Shown in pieces: positions 58,521 through 64,000 of a stretch of 64,000 nt of DNA; position 1 is the stretch's first letter; every line of letters starts with the position of its first letter. The position numbers and the translations under genes were made by a program. Origin of the DNA: Methanobacteriota archaeon (GTDB lineage: Archaea; Thermoplasmatota; Poseidoniia; Poseidoniales; Poseidoniaceae); the NCBI GenBank assembly GCA_002699515.1, contig PAAW01000025.1:29000-92999 (forward strand), given 5' to 3'. The notes under the pieces are model-generated. The model was not told the origin of the DNA. It searched no databases and saw only the letters and a list, made by a program, of their open reading frames with translations.

Positions 58521-60401
58521 ATGGGTACAGTAATTGGAATAGATTTAGGAACGACAAACAGTTGTGTGGCAACACTAGAAAATGGGGAAGCGGTAATTAT
58601 ACCAAATTCAGAAGGAGCAAGAACTACTCCTAGTGTTGTTGCATTTACAAAAGAAGGAGAAAGATTGATTGGAATCACTGCGAAACGTCAGGCAGTAACG
58701 AATTCTGATCGAACAATCCTATCTGTAAAGAGAGAAATGGGAACTAAATGGAATATGGATTTAGACGAGAATAAATATACCCCCCAGGAAGTTTCCGCAT
58801 TTATTTTGCAGAAATTAAAAGCAGATGCAGAAGCATATTTAGGACATAAGGTATCAAAGGCAGTAATTACTTGTCCAGCATATTTTACAGATGCACAAAG
58901 AAAGGCTACAAAAGATGCAGGCAGGATTGCAGGTTTAGATGTATTAAGAATTATCAACGAACCTACAGCTGCAGCACTTGCTTATGGAATAGATAAAGAA
59001 GATGATCAGACAATTTTAGTGTATGATCTGGGAGGAGGGACTTTCGATGTATCTATTTTGGAAATTTATACAGTTGATGGACAACCACAAATTGAAGTTA
59101 AGGCAACTGACGGTAATAATAGATTAGGAGGAGATGACTTTGATGAAGCAATTATTGCATGGTTAGTTTCCGATTTCAAAAAATCAACAGGAATTGATCT
59201 TAGTAATGATAACCAAGCAATGAGTAGATTGAAGGAATCTGCCGAGAAAGCAAAGATTGAATTGTCAGGAACATCACAAACTCAAATAAATCTTCCATTT
59301 ATTACAATGAAAGATGGTCAACCCGAACATCTTGATATTAATCTTACAAGGGCTAAATTTGATGAGTTAACTTCTAAATTAGTAGAATCTACAATGAAAC
59401 CTACATTGAGGGCAATGAAAGATGCAGGTATTGGAAAAAGTGAAGTTGACAAAGTAATTTTAATCGGAGGATCAACTAGGATACCTGCAGTTCAAGATGC
59501 TTTGGAGAAAGCAATTGGTAAGAAGCCATTCAAAGGAATGAATCCTGATGAAGCAGTAGCAGCAGGTGCAGCATTACAAGCAGGAATAATAGTTGGAGAT
59601 GAAGACGTAGGAGATATATTACTTCTAGATGTAACTCCACTTTCACTTGGGATAGAAACATTAGGAGGAGTAATGACACGTTTAATTGATAGAAATACAA
59701 CTATTCCAACAAGACGTAGTGAAGTATTTTCTACTGCTGCAGATAATCAACCAGCAGTAGAAGTACATGTGCTTCAAGGTGAAAGAGAATTTGCAAAAGA
59801 TAATGTTACATTAGGGCAATTCCACTTGGTTGGAATTCCAGCAGCACCACGTGGAGTGCCTCAAATTGAAGTTACATTTGATATAGATGCTAATGGAATT
59901 GTAAATGTTACAGCAAAAGATTTGGGAACTGGGACAGAACAATCTGTGAAGATTGAATCTCAAACTTCTTTATCTGAAGATGAAATCCAAACAAAAATCA
60001 ACGAAGCAGAAGAATTTGCTGAAGAAGATAAAAGAAGAAAAGCACGTGTTGATTTGCGTAATCAAGCAGATAGTATTGTTTATCAAACCAAGAAAACATT
60101 AGATGAGGCTGGAGATAAATTAGAAGATACTGAAACAGAGGGAGTTAAATCACTTCTTGATGAACTAGATTTATTAATCCGTAAAGATGATCAATTAATC
60201 GATATTGAAGAGATAGATGAGGCAGCAATTCAAGCTAAGGTTAGTGAGATTGAAGCAGCTATGCATGGTATTTCAACTAAACTTTATGAGGCTGCTGCTG
60301 CTGCTGTTTCAGAAGAACAAACTGCAACAGATGGTGCATCAATAAATATTGAAGATGATGTTGTTGATACTGATTATGAAGTAATTGATGATACTGATTG
60401 A
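58521..60401 (+). CDS. dnaK: molecular chaperone DnaK (Hsp70)
   Basis: [21 protein letters not shown] and the substrate-binding domain. 626 aa. Confidence 0.95.
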   Translation: MGTVIGIDLGTTNSCVATLENGEAVIIPNSEGARTTPSVVAFTKEGERLIGITAKRQAVTNSDRTILSVKREMGTKWNMDLDENKYTPQEVSAFILQKLKADAEAYLGHKVSKAVITCPAYFTDAQRKATKDAGRIAGLDVLRIINEPTAAALAYGIDKEDDQTILVYDLGGGTFDVSILEIYTVDGQPQIEVKATDGNNRLGGDDFDEAIIAWLVSDFKKSTGIDLSNDNQAMSRLKESAEKAKIELSGTSQTQINLPFITMKDGQPEHLDINLTRAKFDELTSKLVESTMKPTLRAMKDAGIGKSEVDKVILIGGSTRIPAVQDALEKAIGKKPFKGMNPDEAVAAGAALQAGIIVGDEDVGDILLLDVTPLSLGIETLGGVMTRLIDRNTTIPTRRSEVFSTAADNQPAVEVHVLQGEREFAKDNVTLGQFHLVGIPAAPRGVPQIEVTFDIDANGIVNVTAKDLGTGTEQSVKIESQTSLSEDEIQTKINEAEEFAEEDKRRKARVDLRNQADSIVYQTKKTLDEAGDKLEDTETEGVKSLLDELDLLIRKDDQLIDIEEIDEAAIQAKVSEIEAAMHGISTKLYEAAAAAVSEEQTATDGASINIEDDVVDTDYEVIDDTD

Positions 60402-60461
60402 ATGCAGGAAATATGATTTTTCTTACGATTCATTCAAAGTATGAATTAATGATGCCCATTC

Positions 60462-62081
60462 ATGGCGAGGTGGCATTTTTGGTGGATTGGCTGGCTGACC
60501 GCAGTATTAGTTACGTCTTGGTTTAGTAATGATTATCTTGTAGATATTTTTGGAAATGGGAGTTTATTTCATATATTTTCTTTATTCACAGGAGCCTTTT
60601 TAATTGGAATAATTTTATTATTTTTCCATGACTTTTTCCAAACAGCAAATCCAGTTCAAAGGCGTTTCCCTGTACTTTATTGGGGACGTTGGGTTTCAGT
60701 ACATTTAGGTCCACTTTTACGCCAATATTGGTTTGCTAATGACCTTGAAGAAAAACCATTTAATCGGGTTACTAGAAATTGGGTTTATTCGACTTCCAAA
60801 GGTAAAAATAATACAATTGGTTTTGGAAGTCAAGTTGATTTTGATGCAGTTGGAACTTATACTGTAATGCCCTCTATGTTCAAAACAAAAGAAAACGAAC
60901 ATGAAGGATATCATAGAGTAATAGGAGAACATACAGGAATAAAAAATACGGTAACATTGAAACATTTTGTTCATATCTCTGCAATGTCATTTGGTTCATT
61001 ATCATCTCGTGCTGTTTCAGCATTAAATAAAGGAGCAGGGAAAGTAGGAATATATCATAATACGGGTGAAGGTGGTTTTGCTCCATACCATCAAATGGGA
61101 GGTAATGTAATTTTTCAGCTTGGTACTGGAAAGTTTGGATGTAGAGATGAAAATGGAAACTTTTCAGACGAGGCCTTCGGTAAAATCACATCTAACAAAA
61201 ATGTTGGAATGGTTGAACTAAAATTGATGCAAGGTGCGAAGCCAGGAAAAGGAGGTATTTTGCCCAAAGAAAAAATTACTTCTGAAATAGCTGAAATTCG
61301 GAAAGTTTCAATGGGGAAGGATATACTTTCACCACCTAGACACGATGAATTTAAGGATCTTGCAGGATTATTCGATTTTTTAGATCGTTTACGCAAGATA
61401 GCAGACAAACCAATTGGAATAAAGATAGTCGCTGGACATATAGAGGAAATTGAGGCAATTGCAGAAGCAATGGCTGCTGAACCTGGTCGTGGCCCAGATT
61501 TTATTTCTGTAGATGGCGGAGAAGGAGGAACTGGTGCTGCACCTTTGGTACTTGCTAGTCATGCTGGCGTACCTATGAAACAAGGTATTGCGATGGTTGA
61601 TTGGGCTTTACGTAAACATGGGGTAAGAGATAAAGTGTATTTGTTAACCTCTGGACAGATTGCAACTCCCATTGATGTTGCAGTTGCAATGGCTCTTGGA
61701 GCAGATGGAGTCTATATTGCACGTGGTTTTATGTTAGCTTTGGGTTGTATTCAGGCTTTGGATTGTAATTCTAATAGATGCCCAACAGGTATTGCAACTC
61801 AAGATAAAAAATTAGAGAGAACACTAGATGTAGAAGCCGCTGCAAAAAGGGTTGCAAATTATGCTAAAACCTTAGAAAAAGAGGTATATATGCTATGTGA
61901 ATCTTGTGGATATTCATCGCCAGATCAATTTACTTCAGATGATATTATGGTTGTAACATCTCCTGGACATCTTGATTATCTTTCAGAACTTTACATGGTA
62001 TCTGCATTTGAAGCATCAAGAGAACGTGGTGCTGCAAAGCAAGCAGGAATGACCGTTGGAGAAATGAAATCGTCAACTTAA
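60462..62081 (+). CDS. membrane-anchored glutamate synthase-related FMN-dependent oxidoreductase (GltS FMN-domain homolog)
   Basis: N-terminal TM helices. LMQGAKPGKGGILP ... SPPRHDE ... ISVDGGEGGTGAAP matches the Glu_synthase (GltB central domain) family. Confidence 0.7.
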   Translation: MARWHFWWIGWLTAVLVTSWFSNDYLVDIFGNGSLFHIFSLFTGAFLIGIILLFFHDFFQTANPVQRRFPVLYWGRWVSVHLGPLLRQYWFANDLEEKPFNRVTRNWVYSTSKGKNNTIGFGSQVDFDAVGTYTVMPSMFKTKENEHEGYHRVIGEHTGIKNTVTLKHFVHISAMSFGSLSSRAVSALNKGAGKVGIYHNTGEGGFAPYHQMGGNVIFQLGTGKFGCRDENGNFSDEAFGKITSNKNVGMVELKLMQGAKPGKGGILPKEKITSEIAEIRKVSMGKDILSPPRHDEFKDLAGLFDFLDRLRKIADKPIGIKIVAGHIEEIEAIAEAMAAEPGRGPDFISVDGGEGGTGAAPLVLASHAGVPMKQGIAMVDWALRKHGVRDKVYLLTSGQIATPIDVAVAMALGADGVYIARGFMLALGCIQALDCNSNRCPTGIATQDKKLERTLDVEAAAKRVANYAKTLEKEVYMLCESCGYSSPDQFTSDDIMVVTSPGHLDYLSELYMVSAFEASRERGAAKQAGMTVGEMKSST

Positions 62082-62205
62082 TTAAAATCTTCTTCATTTT
62101 TAATAAATTGATATAGTTCTTACAATTTTCAATGTTTTTTTGATATTAGAGAACAAATAATTTTATCATAAGAATGAACTCAGGTTTCGTTTGTTGAGAT
62201 AAACC

Positions 62206-64000
62206 ATGGCCGAAGAAAATAATATTGATGATATTAAAGATTTTTTTAAATCTAGGGGCTTAAAAGAAGGAAAAATCGATTCCTCAATATATAAAGAATT
62301 TAAAATATTTGAAGAGAGTGTTAAAGAATTTACTCAAATTTTAGAATCAAATGAGGATATTACTTGGCCTCAAATTTCACAACTTTTTAATAAACATTTA
62401 GCTGAATTTACAAGAAACTCATTTGTGATTAAAATGATGGAGGATTATATTGAAGAACAGTCAATTACAGATTTTTTTGCTAAAAATATGAAAACTTCAT
62501 CATCCGTTATGAACCAAGTTTATACTGATTTTGAAGAGGTAGTAAATGACAAACCAGCATTGGCATCATTAGAAATTTTAATACAGAGTTTAAATAAAAT
62601 TAATTTTTCTGAAAATGAGCTTGCAATCCCAGATATTTCAGTTTTTATCAAAACTACTTTGGCTATTATTTCTTCAACGATGCATACTTTAATGGAGTCT
62701 TTTATTACATATAGTTCAATGTCACGAGCATATTCAGGATTTGAAGAAAAAGAATCATATAAAAAGATTCAAAGTATTTTAGAAAAGGAAAAAGAATATT
62801 CTTTGACATTAAATGAAATGCTCAAAAATTCTAGTGAATTAATTTCCCTTCCAATATCAAATAATGAAGATTTAGATGCAACAAGAAAAGATTTATGTGA
62901 GAAACTAATTAAGTTTCATGATGTACTTATGAGTCTTCCATTGATTGAAGAATATAAAACAAATTTAGGAGATGTAAATAGTCATATGGTCACTTCTAAG
63001 TACTATCCCATGATGCCATTTGAAGCATTACAAATGTGGCCAGAAAAGAGAGATGATAGGCGTGACCTTTATTATTTAGATCTGAATAATTGGTTAGGTA
63101 TCACGCGATATTCTGAAAGGAAATCCCTAGGTAGTCCCCAAGCCTCTCGAATATTTTATAGAGATTTTTTAGATTTTATTCAAGAAAATGGTTACAAAGT
63201 TCTAAAGGTAACAGATTATAATCCTAGATATCCTGATGAAAGAAAACAACCAGTATCTGAAACGTTTGAATGGGGCGGGGAAACAAAACGATTTCGTCCT
63301 AGGGTCAACATGTTTTGTTATGCTGAAAAATGCCCATTTTCGAAAAAGGAAATGCGTTTATCGATAACCTCAGTTATGACCGAGGGGTATCTTAATTTTA
63401 CTTGTGCGGTAGGAGCAGAATTATTTGTTGAAGAAGAGCAGAATCAAGGACCAAATGATGAAGAAGCATTTGAAGGTGGAATCGTGAAATTTTTTGATAA
63501 TAAGAGAAAGAGTAGTGAATTTAAATTGAAGAGAGATCATGATTTGATGGTAAAGGCGAACCAATTCTTGGTAACATTGATGAAATCATTTGATGAATGG
63601 CAAAGGAACAATGGTTTATTAAAAAATCATAAATTTGATTCAAACCTAGTAGAACTAAATCTTAAAGGTCGTACTTTTGATAAACTTGTATTGCCTAAAA
63701 TTAAAAAACAATTGCTCGAAGATAATATATTTTCAATTCTTTTGAATTCTAAAAAACTTAAATCAATGGGTGTTGAAACAAATCGTGGTATTATGCTAGC
63801 AGGACCTCCAGGTGTAGGTAAATCTTTGACGATTGATGCAATAATTTCTAAAATTAATTGTACTGTTCTTTATGCTAATCATAGTGCGGTAGTTCGTGGC
63901 ACAGAATGGCTTTTTGATATAGCACGTCGTTATGCCCCAACAGTTTTAATTTTAGAGGACATAGATGCACTTGGAATTACTTCTCAAAGAAGTTTAGGTT
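62206..64000 (+). CDS. large protein with ~530-aa N-terminal region of unknown function and C-terminal classic AAA+ ATPase domain; 3' end beyond window
   Basis: Absent from the ORF track because no stop falls in the window. It runs in frame from ATG 62206 through the Walker A GIMLAGPPGVGKS (~63787) and Walker B-like VLILEDIDAL, to the window end. Confidence 0.6.
   Translation, partial: MAEENNIDDIKDFFKSRGLKEGKIDSSIYKEFKIFEESVKEFTQILESNEDITWPQISQLFNKHLAEFTRNSFVIKMMEDYIEEQSITDFFAKNMKTSSSVMNQVYTDFEEVVNDKPALASLEILIQSLNKINFSENELAIPDISVFIKTTLAIISSTMHTLMESFITYSSMSRAYSGFEEKESYKKIQSILEKEKEYSLTLNEMLKNSSELISLPISNNEDLDATRKDLCEKLIKFHDVLMSLPLIEEYKTNLGDVNSHMVTSKYYPMMPFEALQMWPEKRDDRRDLYYLDLNNWLGITRYSERKSLGSPQASRIFYRDFLDFIQENGYKVLKVTDYNPRYPDERKQPVSETFEWGGETKRFRPRVNMFCYAEKCPFSKKEMRLSITSVMTEGYLNFTCAVGAELFVEEEQNQGPNDEEAFEGGIVKFFDNKRKSSEFKLKRDHDLMVKANQFLVTLMKSFDEWQRNNGLLKNHKFDSNLVELNLKGRTFDKLVLPKIKKQLLEDNIFSILLNSKKLKSMGVETNRGIMLAGPPGVGKSLTIDAIISKINCTVLYANHSAVVRGTEWLFDIARRYAPTVLILEDIDALGITSQRSLG

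Noticed and set aside
1-64000. CRISPR arrays, cas genes, transposases or integrases, rRNA genes
   Set aside because: No regularly spaced direct repeats, no recognisable Cas/IS/integrase motifs and no rRNA-like conserved stretches were seen in the window.

Overview
AT-rich (~33-36% GC) archaeal chromosomal segment, gene-dense on both strands, with about 59 protein-coding genes and one tRNA. A housekeeping backbone is present: uS10 and aEF-1α, SerRS, bacterial-type ThrRS, CTP synthase, PyrB/PyrI, succinate dehydrogenase, CDC48, thermosome, DnaK, FolC, dCMP deaminase and ExoIII. Accessory-looking stretches are interleaved with it. They encode sequon-rich secreted or surface proteins (PKD, LVIVD) and three different intramembrane or membrane proteases. 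They also hold a DUF58 operon that lacks its usual MoxR partner, and a Roadblock/LC7 module built around a 1048-aa coiled-coil protein. A GC-elevated island carries bacterial-type genes (bPH, pirin, CspA), and the window ends in a partial large AAA+ protein. Lineage markers (MC1 chromatin protein, Hjc-like resolvase, Sec11-type signal peptidase, thermosome, aEF-1α) indicate a euryarchaeon. A marine Thermoplasmatota or MGII-like organism is plausible, but that is inference only. I recognised no CRISPR array, transposase or integrase. The ORF track accepts GTG/TTG starts, so several start codons below are adjusted; ORFs that run off the window edges are absent from the track and were recovered by hand.
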